Below, piece by piece: positions 1-9,947 of a DNA stretch of 36,151 nt (positions are counted from its first letter, which is position 1; every line of letters begins with the position of its first letter). Under the pieces are notes generated by a model. The model did no database searches and was not told where the DNA came from. It worked only from the letters and a program-made list of their open reading frames with translations. The stretch is taken from assembly GCA_032117355.1 (NCBI GenBank), contig JAULZL010000489.1, positions 1 to 36,151 of the forward strand, given 5' to 3'. The stretch comes from Candidatus Nanopelagicales bacterium. GTDB lineage: Bacteria; Actinomycetota; Actinomycetes; S36-B12. Both the position numbers and the translations under genes were made by a program.

Positions 1-1957
1 GACGAGGAGATATCCGGTGTCGATGACCGCCTTTGACAAGGTGGGTGGCGACCGGTCGATCGTCGTGGCCCGCGTAAACGGTGCCCTGTGCGACCTGGCG
101 ACTTCAGTCTCGGACGACGATGTAGTTGAGGGGGTCTCGGTCGAGTCGCCCGAGGGCCTCGCGGTGCTCCGTCACTCGACCGCTCACGTCCTTGCTCAGG
201 CCGTCCAGGACACCTTCCCGGACGCCAAGCTCGGCATCGGACCGCCGATCAAGGACGGCTTCTATTACGACTTTGACGTCGAAACGCCCTTCACCCCGGA
301 CGACCTAGCGGCCTTGGAGAAGCGCATGGTCGCAATCGTCAAGTCCGGTCAGCGCTTCGTGCGTCGGGTCGTGTCCGAAGACCAGGCAGTCTCCGAGCTC
401 ACGACCGAGCCGTACAAGCTGCGTCTTATCGGCAGCTCCGGGGGAGCCGAAGTCATGGAGGTCGGTGGCGCTGAGCTGACCGTCTACGACAACATCGATG
501 CAAAATCCGGGGAGCGCTGTTGGGGTGACCTGTGCCGGGGGCCGCACGTCCCTGACACTCGGTACATCCCGCCGAATGCCTTCGCGCTCATGCGCACGTC
601 GGCCGCCTACTGGCTCGGTGACCAGGCCAACGAGCAGTTGCAGCGCATCTACGGCACGGCCTGGCCGTCAAAGGACGGGCTCAGGGCGTACCTGACCTTC
701 CTCGAGGAGGCTGAGCGTCGAGACCATAGGCGACTCGGTGCCGAACTGGATCTCTTCTCGTTTCCCGAGCAGATCGGCTCCGGCCTAGCGGTCTTTCACC
801 CCAAGGGCGGGGTGGTTCGCCGGGTCATGGAGGACTACTCCCGCAGGCGCCATGAGGACTCGGGTTACTCGTTTGTGAACTCCCCGCACATCACCAAGGC
901 AGCGCTATTCGAGCAGTCCGGTCACCTCGACTGGTACTCGGAGGGTATGTACCCACCCATGCACCTCGATGCTGATATCGACGCCGAGGGCAATGTCCGT
1001 CGGCAGGGAACCGATTACTACCTCAAGCCGATGAACTGCCCGATGCACAATTTGATCTTCGCCGCTCGCGGGCGCTCCTACCGCGAACTACCCCTGCGAT
1101 TGTTCGAATTCGGCACCGTCTACCGATACGAGAAGTCCGGGGTCGTGCAGGGCATGACCAGGGCGCGCGGGTTCACCCAGGACGACGCCCACATCTACTG
1201 CACCCGGGAGCAGATGGCCGGCGAGTTGGACAGCCTGCTGACATTCGTCCTGGACCTGCTTCGCGACTACGGACTCGATGACTTCTACCTCGAGCTGTCG
1301 ACTCGTGATCCGGCCAAGAGCGTCGGAACTGACGAGGATTGGGCGGAGGCGACAGAGACCCTTCGAGCCGTCGCCGAGAAGCAGGGCCTAGAACTCGTTC
1401 TTGATGAGGGTGGGGCCGCCTTCTACGGACCGAAGATCTCCGTTCAGGCAAAGGATGCCATCGGCCGAACCTGGCAGATGTCCACTATCCAGTTGGACTT
1501 CCAGTTGCCGCAGAGATTCGACCTGGAGTACCAATCCGCCGACGGTTCGCGCCAGCGGCCCATCATGATTCACCGGGCGCTCTTCGGGTCCATCGAGCGC
1601 TTCTTCGCCGTTCTGTTGGAGCACTACGCCGGCGCCTTCCCCCCTTGGCTGGCACCGGTACAGGTCGTCGCCATCCCGATCACCGATGCGCACATTCCCT
1701 ATCTCGAGGCTGTGGCCGACGGGCTTCGCGCCCGTGGGGTGCGAGTCGAGGTCGACAGGTCTGATGACCGGATGCAGAAGAAGATCCGCAACGCCCAGAA
1801 GCAGAAGGTGCCCTTCATGCTGCTGGCTGGTGACGAGGACGTCGGCGCCAACGCTGTGTCCTTCCGCTATCGGGATGGGACGCAGAAGAACGGTATCCGC
1901 GTCGACGAGGCAGTCGCCGAGATCGTGAGCGCGATCGAGGCCCGGATCCAGGTCTGA
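1..1957 (+). CDS. thrS: Threonine--tRNA ligase (true start probably just upstream of the window; GTG at 17 is an alternative)
   Basis: Motifs [56 protein letters not shown]. The frame is open back to the window edge. Confidence 0.98.
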   Translation, partial: TRRYPVSMTAFDKVGGDRSIVVARVNGALCDLATSVSDDDVVEGVSVESPEGLAVLRHSTAHVLAQAVQDTFPDAKLGIGPPIKDGFYYDFDVETPFTPDDLAALEKRMVAIVKSGQRFVRRVVSEDQAVSELTTEPYKLRLIGSSGGAEVMEVGGAELTVYDNIDAKSGERCWGDLCRGPHVPDTRYIPPNAFALMRTSAAYWLGDQANEQLQRIYGTAWPSKDGLRAYLTFLEEAERRDHRRLGAELDLFSFPEQIGSGLAVFHPKGGVVRRVMEDYSRRRHEDSGYSFVNSPHITKAALFEQSGHLDWYSEGMYPPMHLDADIDAEGNVRRQGTDYYLKPMNCPMHNLIFAARGRSYRELPLRLFEFGTVYRYEKSGVVQGMTRARGFTQDDAHIYCTREQMAGELDSLLTFVLDLLRDYGLDDFYLELSTRDPAKSVGTDEDWAEATETLRAVAEKQGLELVLDEGGAAFYGPKISVQAKDAIGRTWQMSTIQLDFQLPQRFDLEYQSADGSRQRPIMIHRALFGSIERFFAVLLEHYAGAFPPWLAPVQVVAIPITDAHIPYLEAVADGLRARGVRVEVDRSDDRMQKKIRNAQKQKVPFMLLAGDEDVGANAVSFRYRDGTQKNGIRVDEAVAEIVSAIEARIQV

Positions 1958-1958
1958 T

Positions 1959-2513
1959 GTGACGGACGCCTGGGATCGCCTGTGGACGCCCCACCGAATG
2001 CTGTACCTGAAGGGCGAGGGCAAGCCCTCGCACACCGAGGCCGGAGCGGATTGCCCGTTCTGCGTTGCCCCGGAAATGGACCCGCCGGAGAGCCTCGTCG
2101 TTGCCCGGGGCGAACTTTCCTACGTTGTCCTCAATCTGTACCCGTACAACGCGGGCCACGTTCTCATCTGCCCGTATCGGCATGTCCCCGACTACGCGGA
2201 GTTGACCGCGGCGGAAGTCGCCGAGGTGGGTCTGCTGACGCAACGGTCGATGACTGTCCTACGGAGTACCGCTGGCGCCCATGGATTCAATATCGGCATG
2301 AACCAGGGGTCGGTGGCCGGCGCCGGGATCGCCGGACACCTTCACCAGCACGTCGTCCCGCGCTGGGGTGGGGACACGAACTTCCTGCCGGTGATCGGTG
2401 CTACCAAGACGATGCCGCAGTTGCTGGCGGATACCCGCGCGATGCTCGCGGATGCCTGGCCGATGGACGGGTCTGCTGACGTCGGCGGGCCCGAGGCGAC
2501 GACGAGGGGATGA
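1959..2513 (+). CDS. HIT-family nucleotide hydrolase/phosphorylase (Ap4A phosphorylase-like)
   Basis: Histidine triad HLHQHVVPRW, CPFC zinc motif, LNLYPYNAGH. It lies directly after thrS, as in other actinobacteria. Confidence 0.93.
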   Translation: MTDAWDRLWTPHRMLYLKGEGKPSHTEAGADCPFCVAPEMDPPESLVVARGELSYVVLNLYPYNAGHVLICPYRHVPDYAELTAAEVAEVGLLTQRSMTVLRSTAGAHGFNIGMNQGSVAGAGIAGHLHQHVVPRWGGDTNFLPVIGATKTMPQLLADTRAMLADAWPMDGSADVGGPEATTRG

Positions 2514-2971
2514 CCATGGCGCGATACCTGGGTTGCGATGAGGCTGAAGGACGCCTGCGTTTGCGTGCGGCAGGAGTTCAGGTGCTCAGGGCCATTGACT
2601 CGTCCGGTGCAGTGGATCCGGCGATCCTGGAACTGGTCCTGGAACCCGCAGCGAGAGGCGTGCGCGTGGTCATGACCGCCGAGCCCCCGGCTCCCGGTTC
2701 GGCTGACTCAGGGATGGGCTCCTGGCACGTTAATGGTGCCGATGAGGTGCACTCGGTACTCGACGGGCAGGGTCTGATGGAGTTCTGGACGGAGCAGGGA
2801 GCCGTCAGCGTGCTGGTCGAAGCCGGGGACGTCCTGGTGATCCAGGGAGCGGAGCATCGGTACCGGCCGCTTACCGATCAGCGTTGGGCGATTCGCTTCG
2901 CCGGTTCGCCCGGCGCCGAGCTCGTAGGGTCCAACACTGGACGACCTGCTGGGCCGTGGCGGGAAGCCTGA
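2510..2971 (+). CDS. Cupin-fold protein, acireductone dioxygenase-like
   Basis: WHVNGADEVHSVLDGQG...VEAGDVLVIQGAEHRY...AIRF resembles cupin motifs 1 and 2 of ARD/MtnD. ATGA overlap with the HIT stop codon. Confidence 0.7.
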   Translation: MTMARYLGCDEAEGRLRLRAAGVQVLRAIDSSGAVDPAILELVLEPAARGVRVVMTAEPPAPGSADSGMGSWHVNGADEVHSVLDGQGLMEFWTEQGAVSVLVEAGDVLVIQGAEHRYRPLTDQRWAIRFAGSPGAELVGSNTGRPAGPWREA

Positions 2972-2972
2972 C

Positions 2973-4964
2973 CTAGCCGACCACACGCGAGGCGGCCCGT
3001 TCGGGCATAGGCGCATATCCCGCCGCCTCCCGGTGCAGGTGGGCGGTGGCACCGGTGAGCGAGCGCAATTCGATTGAGTAGCGGCTGGCTTCGATTTCGG
3101 GTACGCGGGCGGTAACGCGACAGGACCCGTGAGTTGACTCTTTCTGCAGCACCCGGGCACGTCGGTGGGCAAGGTCGCGGACGACATCCTCGAGGTACTC
3201 GTCGGGCACGTCGACTGTCACGGTCAGCATTGGCTCAAGGATGTCGATCGTCGTCCTGGCGGCAGCATCTTCCAGGGCCAGGGATAAGACAACGGCTGCT
3301 AGGTCCACCCGGTCGGCCAGACTGCACGCGGTGAGGCGCACCTCGACGTCCGTCAGCGGATAGCCGGCGCGCAGCCCGTCTGAAGCACGCTGGCGCACCG
3401 CTGCCTCAATCGCCGAGAGGGTGTTGGCCGGGACGGTGCCCGGGACCGTCCGGTCGGCAAACCCAAGTCCATGGCCCGGGGATGGCTGCACCTCGATCTT
3501 GCAGCGAACCACGCCAGGCGCCAGCTCGACCGAGCCCAACCCAACCGCAGACGCACGAAAAGTCTCGAGAAAGCCCAGTCGCACCGATCGTGCCTCAGCT
3601 GAACGCCCGAGCACCCGCTGGAGGCGATCCATGACGAGGTCGGCGTGAACCTGCCCGCAGCACCACACAATCACCCCCCCATCCGCCAACGGTTGGCCAA
3701 TGCGGACGGTTGGATCAACGCGGACCACGGACTGCAGCGCTAGGGCCAGGTCGGTATTCGGCGAGAGTTCATGCACGCTGATCGCCAGGGTCGGCTCGGG
3801 AAGTTGCCAGCCCTCCAGCAGGAGCGGATCCTGGCGAGACGAGATGGTCTGCCCAGTGGCCGGCTGGGTGAGATCCGCTATTGCTGTGACGCTGCCGGCC
3901 AAGGCGGGCAGTTCAGCATGGCCAGTGACAGGTGCCTCCAGAATTCCCGAGAAGACACGCACGATCGAAGCGTCATGGGGCAGAAGACCAGCCTGAATGA
4001 CCTCTGCGCAGAGGGGGCCCTTCGGGTCGGCTAGCAAGGGGGAGCGGGGGACCCCGCTCTCCGCGCTGACCAGGGGAGATGACCGGTCCAGTGGGGACGG
4101 GAAGCCTTCGGCGATGAGATCCAGCAGTATCGAACTACCAATGCTCACCGGATGGATGGCGTGGCCCAGGATCGGGTGCAGGTGACCGCTGGCCAGGCCC
4201 TGGTGCAGGGCTTCCTGGACGGAGGTGGCGTCTGGCTGCTCACCTGCGATGACCTGGTTCATCAGGCTGCCGTCAGGCGAGGCTGACGCGATCGCCTCCA
4301 CGAGGTCGAGGTGTGCTGGTCCGATCAGCTCCCAATGGCGGGTCTCACCCTCGGCTTGGGCGAATCCGTCGGCTCCCCAGTAACGGATGCGGGCGGTGAG
4401 CAGGTCGATGAAGCCGATGATCTGCCCATCATCGCCATGGATGGGCAGGTGTATCGGCTCGATGCCGTCGCCGAGCGCACGTTGACAGACCGCAATGGAC
4501 TCGTCGAAGTCCGCCCCCACTTCGTCCAGGTGGGTTATCACGATGGCCCGCGGCACTCCCAGGGCCTCGCATTCGCTCCAGAGTTGACGTGATCGCAGAT
4601 CGATCCCGTCAACGGCCGAGAAGACGAAAAGGGCGCCGTCAGCAGCGCGCAGGCCGGCCCGCTGACCTCCCTCGAGGCTCTCGTCCCCGGGCGTGTCGAT
4701 GAGAGTGATGAAGGACTCACCATGACTCAGCGTGGCGATCGACACCTCGACTGTGTGTCGCAGGCGGATGCCCAGCGGGTGTCGATCACAGGCCGTCGTG
4801 CCGTCCTCGACCCGACCGACCCGATCAAGAACCCCGGCTTCGTGGAGCAGGTGCTCGATGAGGGTCGTCTTCCCAGACCCGGCCGGGCCCACCAGCACGA
4901 CGTTGCGTCGAAGGCGTGGATCCGCACCTGACTCCGCCGTGATGTCGCCATCGCGTGGTGTCAT
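2973..4964 (-). CDS. fusA2: Elongation factor G-like GTPase (EF-G2/FusA2 family), divergent
   Basis: RNVVLVGPAGSGKTT (G1), DTPG (G3), THLD (G4), GYPLTDVEVRL, ILEPM...VP, YSIELRS.TG. Start reassigned to ATG 4964 (MTPRDG), preceded by GAGAGGA on the minus strand; 663 aa. Confidence 0.88.
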   Translation of the reverse strand: MTPRDGDITAESGADPRLRRNVVLVGPAGSGKTTLIEHLLHEAGVLDRVGRVEDGTTACDRHPLGIRLRHTVEVSIATLSHGESFITLIDTPGDESLEGGQRAGLRAADGALFVFSAVDGIDLRSRQLWSECEALGVPRAIVITHLDEVGADFDESIAVCQRALGDGIEPIHLPIHGDDGQIIGFIDLLTARIRYWGADGFAQAEGETRHWELIGPAHLDLVEAIASASPDGSLMNQVIAGEQPDATSVQEALHQGLASGHLHPILGHAIHPVSIGSSILLDLIAEGFPSPLDRSSPLVSAESGVPRSPLLADPKGPLCAEVIQAGLLPHDASIVRVFSGILEAPVTGHAELPALAGSVTAIADLTQPATGQTISSRQDPLLLEGWQLPEPTLAISVHELSPNTDLALALQSVVRVDPTVRIGQPLADGGVIVWCCGQVHADLVMDRLQRVLGRSAEARSVRLGFLETFRASAVGLGSVELAPGVVRCKIEVQPSPGHGLGFADRTVPGTVPANTLSAIEAAVRQRASDGLRAGYPLTDVEVRLTACSLADRVDLAAVVLSLALEDAAARTTIDILEPMLTVTVDVPDEYLEDVVRDLAHRRARVLQKESTHGSCRVTARVPEIEASRYSIELRSLTGATAHLHREAAGYAPMPERAASRVVG

Positions 4965-5067
4965 GGACTTCCTCTCGGCTGACGTGGTCGGTGGGCCCGA
5001 TACCATCGCATTCCTATTCGCCGCCCCTGTGCCCGGGGCCCGGTGAGCCTTCTGCGGCGGGAGAACC

Positions 5068-5670
5068 ATGCTCAACAATCCGGCGGCACGTCGGCTCGCC
5101 AGCGGAGTCGTAGAACCTCCCGCTCGATTGCTCCTTAGGCTTCGGGTCTCACCCGACCTCGTGACCATCGTAGGTACGGTCGGAGCGGTTCTTGTTGCGG
5201 TGACTTGCTTCACCACCGGTCGATTCATCCTCGGCGTCGTCCTGATCTCGGTCTTCGCGATGAGCGACCTGATCGACGGGACGATGGCGCGACTTTCGGG
5301 CACGAGTGGTCCATGGGGCAACTTCCTGGACGCCACGTTGGACCGAGTGGCCGACGGCGCAATCTTCGGCTCCATCATTGCCTGGGGTGCTTGGAATGGA
5401 CAGCCGTGGACGGCAGTGGCGGCGGCGGTGGCTTTGGTGACTGGTCAGGTCACTTCCTACGCGAAGGCCCGGGCGGAGGCGGTGGGGGCAACGGCGAATG
5501 TCGGCATCGCCGAGCGTGCTGAGCGGACCATCGGCGTGCTACTCGCCCTTCTACTCACCGGATTCGGCGTCCCGTACGTGCTGCCCGCAGCCCTGTGGCT
5601 CATCGGTGCCCTCGGGCTCGTCACCATCGTGCAGCGCATCGTGGTCGTCCGCCGGCAGTTGCGCACGTGA
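5068..5670 (+). CDS. pgsA: Phosphatidylinositol-phosphate synthase (CDP-alcohol phosphatidyltransferase)
   Basis: CDP-alcohol motif DLIDGTMAR...GNFLDATLDRVAD, SYAKARAE, hydrophobic helices. First gene of the PIM cluster. Confidence 0.93.
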   Translation: MLNNPAARRLASGVVEPPARLLLRLRVSPDLVTIVGTVGAVLVAVTCFTTGRFILGVVLISVFAMSDLIDGTMARLSGTSGPWGNFLDATLDRVADGAIFGSIIAWGAWNGQPWTAVAAAVALVTGQVTSYAKARAEAVGATANVGIAERAERTIGVLLALLLTGFGVPYVLPAALWLIGALGLVTIVQRIVVVRRQLRT

Positions 5671-6623
5671 CCGGCAACGAGGTTGACAGGTCTCGGGTCG
5701 AACGGGCTCGGGACGCGACGACCGAGTGGGCATTCAGCACCGGCTGGCAGGTCGTCAGGCGGATGCCTGAGCCCTCGGCCGTTGCGTTGTTCCGCCAGGC
5801 AGCTGATGCGATCTGGCGGCGGGAAGGCCCGTCCGTTCAGCAGCTGCAGAGAAACCTCGCGAGGATCCGGCCCGACGCCAGCCGAACCGAACTTCGCGCC
5901 CTGAGTCGGGCGGGTGTGCGCAGTTATCTCCGCTATTGGTGCGAGGCATTTCGACTCCCCTCCTGGTCGACTGAGCGAATCAGTGGCACTTTCGACCTTG
6001 CGGGGAAGGAGGTGATGGACGAGGCGGTGCGAACGGGAACGGGCGCCATTATGGTTCCCGGGCACATGGCCAACTGGGACCACGCGGGGGCCTGGGCGGC
6101 CTTGCGATACGGCAGCGTCACGACGGTTGCCGAGCGTCTCAGGCCCGAGGGGCTCTTCGAGCAATTCCTCGAGTACCGCCGCACCCTCGGCATGGAGGTG
6201 CTGCCCCTGGGGGCCGCCGACGTCCTGCGCAGCCTGGCGCGCCGTCTCAAGGAGGGCCGGGTCGTCGCACTGCTGGGTGACCGGGACGTATCGCGTAATG
6301 GGATCGAGGTGTCCTTGCTGGGCCGTCCCGCATCATTGCCGGCGGGCCCGGCACTGCTAGCCATCATGACCGGTGCTCCATTGCACCCGGTGAGCATGTG
6401 GTTCGAGGGCCAGGGCGTATACGGGCGGGTGTACGACCGAATCGAGGTTCCCTCCGGTGTGCCCCGTGATCAGCAGGTGCGCCAGATGACCCAGGCAATA
6501 GCCGATCGGATGGGGGAGTCCATCACCGAACGACCACAGGACTGGCACATGATGCAGCCTGTGTGGCTCGAAGACCTCGATTCGCGGCGGCGAACTGCGG
6601 CTCGATCGGCCGAGGGCCAGTAG
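5667..6623 (+). CDS. patA: Phosphatidylinositol mannoside acyltransferase
   Basis: HMANWD (HxxxxD), SYLRYWCEAFRLP, DWHMMQPVW. Start reassigned to GTG 5667, which overlaps the pgsA stop (GTGA). Confidence 0.9.
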   Translation: MTGNEVDRSRVERARDATTEWAFSTGWQVVRRMPEPSAVALFRQAADAIWRREGPSVQQLQRNLARIRPDASRTELRALSRAGVRSYLRYWCEAFRLPSWSTERISGTFDLAGKEVMDEAVRTGTGAIMVPGHMANWDHAGAWAALRYGSVTTVAERLRPEGLFEQFLEYRRTLGMEVLPLGAADVLRSLARRLKEGRVVALLGDRDVSRNGIEVSLLGRPASLPAGPALLAIMTGAPLHPVSMWFEGQGVYGRVYDRIEVPSGVPRDQQVRQMTQAIADRMGESITERPQDWHMMQPVWLEDLDSRRRTAARSAEGQ

Positions 6624-6626
6624 TCC

Positions 6627-7790
6627 GTGCGAATCGGCCTGGTCTGCCCCTATGCCTGGGATGCACCCGGCGGGGTCCGCAGCCACGTCTACGACCTGGC
6701 GCTCACCCTGAGGGAGCACCAGCATGAGGTGAGCGTTCTGGCACCGGCCGAGGATCCTGATTCGCTTCCCGACTGGGTCGTGGATGGCGGACGGCCAGTA
6801 TCCGTCCCGTATAACGGATCGGTGGCGAAGGTGAACTTCGGTTTCAAGGCTGCCCGTCACGTCCGCCGCTGGATCCGCGAGGGTGACTTCGATGTCCTGC
6901 ACGTACACGAGCCGGTGGCGCCGGGACTTTCAATTCTTGCGCTGTGGGCAGCCCATGGGCCCCTGGTAGGCACCTGGCACTCATCGACGGCCCGTTCGCG
7001 GATCCTTTCTGCCGGCTACTACGTGGCGCAGACGGCTATGGAGAAACTCAGTGGTCGCATTGCGGTCAGCGAGGATGCTCGTCGAACCCTGGTTGCCCAC
7101 GTAGGCGGGGATGCCGTGCTGATCCCCAATGGGGTTCGGCTTCGCGACTACGCCTCGACCGAACGGCTCGCCGCCATTGATCCTGAACGCCCATCGTTGC
7201 TGTTCCTCGGCCGGATCGACGAGCCGCGAAAGGGCCTGGACGTCCTGCTCGGCGCCCTACCGGCAATCGCTGATGCGATTCCAGATGTGCAACTGGTTGT
7301 GGCCGGTCCGGGTGACGTCGATGACCGGCGCTCCTCGCTACCGGCGGATATTGCGGACCGGGTCGTCTTCCTAGGCCGGGTCTCGGACGCTGACAAGGTT
7401 CGAGCCCTGCGCTCGGTGGACGCCTACGTCGCTCCGCATACCGGGGGAGAGTCCTTTGGGATTGTCCTGATAGAAGCCATGGCGGCCGAGGTCCCCGTCC
7501 TGGCTTCCGATATCCCGGCGTTCAGGCGCGTCCTCGCCGATGCCGGTGCGGTGTTTCCCAGTGAGGACGAGGCCGGGCTGGCCACTGCGGCGATCAGCCT
7601 GCTGGCGAACCCGGACCGCCGCGCCGAGTTGGTGGCGCGCGGTTCGCAGCGAGTCCGCGCATTCGACTGGGACACGGTGGTTGACGACGTCATCGCGGTC
7701 TACGACAGCGTTACGGTCACCCACGAGAAGGTCACCGAGGACCTACGCGGTCAGATTGTCGGTCGCCTGGGAATGAGAGGCTCCGGATGA
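6627..7790 (+). CDS. pimA: Phosphatidyl-myo-inositol alpha-mannosyltransferase (GT4)
   Basis: MRIGLVCPY..PGGV, HVHEP, RIDEPRKG, GGESFGIVLIEAMAA; pgsA-patA-pimA synteny. Confidence 0.92.
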   Translation: MRIGLVCPYAWDAPGGVRSHVYDLALTLREHQHEVSVLAPAEDPDSLPDWVVDGGRPVSVPYNGSVAKVNFGFKAARHVRRWIREGDFDVLHVHEPVAPGLSILALWAAHGPLVGTWHSSTARSRILSAGYYVAQTAMEKLSGRIAVSEDARRTLVAHVGGDAVLIPNGVRLRDYASTERLAAIDPERPSLLFLGRIDEPRKGLDVLLGALPAIADAIPDVQLVVAGPGDVDDRRSSLPADIADRVVFLGRVSDADKVRALRSVDAYVAPHTGGESFGIVLIEAMAAEVPVLASDIPAFRRVLADAGAVFPSEDEAGLATAAISLLANPDRRAELVARGSQRVRAFDWDTVVDDVIAVYDSVTVTHEKVTEDLRGQIVGRLGMRGSG

Positions 7791-8338
7791 GCGGACCGTG
7801 GATCGCCCTCCCGGTCGTTCTGGTCCTTGCGCTGTTCGGTCTGTACCTGAGTAGTACTGCCGGAAGACTGGACCGGCTGCATCGGCGAATCGACACCTCC
7901 CGGCTCTCCCTGGACGCCCATCTCCTTCGGCGGTCATCGATCTCACTGGAACTCGCCGCGTCCGGGGTGCTTGACCCGGCCAGCAGCATGCTTGTCGCCG
8001 ACGCCGCCCACGTCGCCCGAACTGCCTATGACTCCTCCGACGTCGACCGAGCGCTAGCAGAGTCAGTGCTGACCGAAGCACTGGGCGCTGCCCTCGGCGA
8101 TGCCGCCGATGCGGCTGAAGCGAGATCGAGTCCTCTCGGCGCGGAGTTGCTCGATGAACTCGACTCCTCATGTCGACGGGTGGAGTTGTCACGACGATTC
8201 CTGAACGATGCGGTGCGTGCCTGCCGTCAACTGCGCAGGCAGCGAGCAGTTCGGTGGTTCCGCCTCGCTGGCCGTACGCCCATGCCGAGCACCTGGGAGA
8301 TGGACGATGCCAGTCCCGCGGGGCTGCGGACGGCCTGA
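7787..8338 (+). CDS. Membrane-anchored helical protein, LemA-like
   Basis: N-terminal TM helix, then RLDRLHRR and LSRRFLNDAVR. Usual position after pimA, with an ATGA overlap. Confidence 0.7.
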   Translation: MSGPWIALPVVLVLALFGLYLSSTAGRLDRLHRRIDTSRLSLDAHLLRRSSISLELAASGVLDPASSMLVADAAHVARTAYDSSDVDRALAESVLTEALGAALGDAADAAEARSSPLGAELLDELDSSCRRVELSRRFLNDAVRACRQLRRQRAVRWFRLAGRTPMPSTWEMDDASPAGLRTA

Positions 8339-8448
8339 GGCGAATGTGGCGATTTGGGCTTAGCATTCAGGTCAGAGGCGCGCCGAGGAGGCGGGCCCCG
8401 CGCCCAGGCGGTGCGGCGGATCACCCGTGAGTCATGGAAGAGGTAGTG

Positions 8449-9342
8449 ATGTCCCAGGAGCCGGCGATCGGAACGGACCGCGTTAAGCGGGGCATGGCCG
8501 AGATGCTTAAGGGCGGCGTGATCATGGACGTCGTAGACGCCGAACAGGCGAAGATTGCCGAAGATGCGGGGGCGGTTGCCGTCATGGCCCTTGAGCGGGT
8601 GCCTGCGGATATCCGTGCCCAGGGCGGGGTTGCCCGCATGTCCGACCCGGACATGATCGAAGGCATCGTGGCCGCCGTGACCATCCCGGTGATGGCAAAG
8701 GCCCGGATCGGTCACTTTGCGGAAGCCCAGGTGCTGCAGTCGCTGGGCGTCGACTACATCGACGAGTCAGAGGTGCTGACGCCAGCGGACTACGCCAACC
8801 ACATCGACAAGTGGGCGTTCACCGCCCCCTTCGTCTGCGGGGCGACCAATCTCGGTGAGGCCCTCCGTCGGCTGACCGAGGGTGCGGCGATGATCCGCTC
8901 GAAGGGTGAGGCTGGCACCGGTGATGTGTCGAACGCTGTGACCCACATGCGCACCATTCGCCGGGAGATCGCCCGCCTTGCTTCGCTGCCCGAGGACGAG
9001 CTCTATGTCGCCGCCAAGGAGCTGCAGGCCCCTTACGAGTTGGTGCGCGAAGTGGCCCGGTCAGGTGAACTGCCCGTTGTGCTCTTCACCGCGGGCGGGA
9101 TTGCCACTCCGGCTGATGCGGCCATGATGATGCAGTTGGGAGCCGACGGTGTCTTCGTTGGGTCCGGCATTTTCAAGTCGGGGGATCCGGCCAGGCGTGC
9201 TGATGCGATCGTCCAGGCCACCCGGCACTACAACAACCCCGATGTCGTAGCCAAGGTGTCGAGGGGCCTCGGCGAGGCCATGGTCGGGATCAACGTCGCC
9301 GATCTGCCGGTTCACCATCGCCTGGAAGACCGCGGCTGGTGA
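8449..9342 (+). CDS. pdxS: Pyridoxal 5'-phosphate synthase lyase subunit
   Basis: [32 protein letters not shown]. Start taken at ATG 8449 after GAGGT (ATG 8434 is an alternative). Confidence 0.97.
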   Translation: MSQEPAIGTDRVKRGMAEMLKGGVIMDVVDAEQAKIAEDAGAVAVMALERVPADIRAQGGVARMSDPDMIEGIVAAVTIPVMAKARIGHFAEAQVLQSLGVDYIDESEVLTPADYANHIDKWAFTAPFVCGATNLGEALRRLTEGAAMIRSKGEAGTGDVSNAVTHMRTIRREIARLASLPEDELYVAAKELQAPYELVREVARSGELPVVLFTAGGIATPADAAMMMQLGADGVFVGSGIFKSGDPARRADAIVQATRHYNNPDVVAKVSRGLGEAMVGINVADLPVHHRLEDRGW

Positions 9343-9947
9343 CCGGGGCCCCGCGCATCGGGGTCCTCGCACTGCAGGGTGATGTCCGGGAGCACCTTCG
9401 GTCGCTCGCGGCCGCGGGTGCTGATCCGATCCGCGTCCTCGATGAGGCTGATCTGGCAAAGGTTGACGGGTTGGTCATCCCGGGCGGTGAATCCACCACG
9501 ATGTCAAAATTGGCTCTTCGGGATGGGCTGATGGAGCCGCTACGTGATCGGCGTCGCTCAGGAATGCCGATCTACGGCTCGTGCGCGGGCATGATCATGC
9601 TGGCCGGGGAAATTCTGGATGCCCGCCCGGATCAAGAGACCGTAGGCGGGCTGGACATCACCGTTCGGCGCAATGCCTTTGGCCGACAGGTGGACTCCTT
9701 CGAGATCGACCTCGACGTACCCGCCCTCGGTGCGGACCCGTTTCGCGCAGTATTTATCCGGGCTCCGTGGGTTGAGCAGGTGGGTCCATCGGTGCAGGTG
9801 CTAGCGAGTCTGGACGATGGACCCCGCGCCGGTACCATCGTGGCCGTCCAGCAGGGGCCGCTACTCGCCACCTCGTTCCATCCGGAACTCACCGGCGACT
9901 CGCGCATCCATGACTACTTCGTTCGAATTGTGAGGCAACGCGCATGA
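9339..9947 (+). CDS. pdxT: PLP synthase glutaminase subunit
   Basis: GVLALQG, PGGESTT, GSCAGMI, FIRAP, SFHPE catalytic motifs. Confidence 0.97.
   Translation: MTGAPRIGVLALQGDVREHLRSLAAAGADPIRVLDEADLAKVDGLVIPGGESTTMSKLALRDGLMEPLRDRRRSGMPIYGSCAGMIMLAGEILDARPDQETVGGLDITVRRNAFGRQVDSFEIDLDVPALGADPFRAVFIRAPWVEQVGPSVQVLASLDDGPRAGTIVAVQQGPLLATSFHPELTGDSRIHDYFVRIVRQRA

Noticed and set aside
4965-5378. 138-codon N-terminal extension of the EF-G-like ORF in the ORF track (801 aa)
   Set aside because: It is largely antisense to pgsA and has no EF-G similarity. An SD-preceded ATG at 4964 lies just before the G1 motif.
8339-8433. Possible PdxR operator or riboswitch upstream of pdxS (TAGCAT hexamer at 8361-8366, GC-rich leader)
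   Set aside because: I found no clear repeat pair or recognisable riboswitch consensus, and no pdxR gene is in the window.
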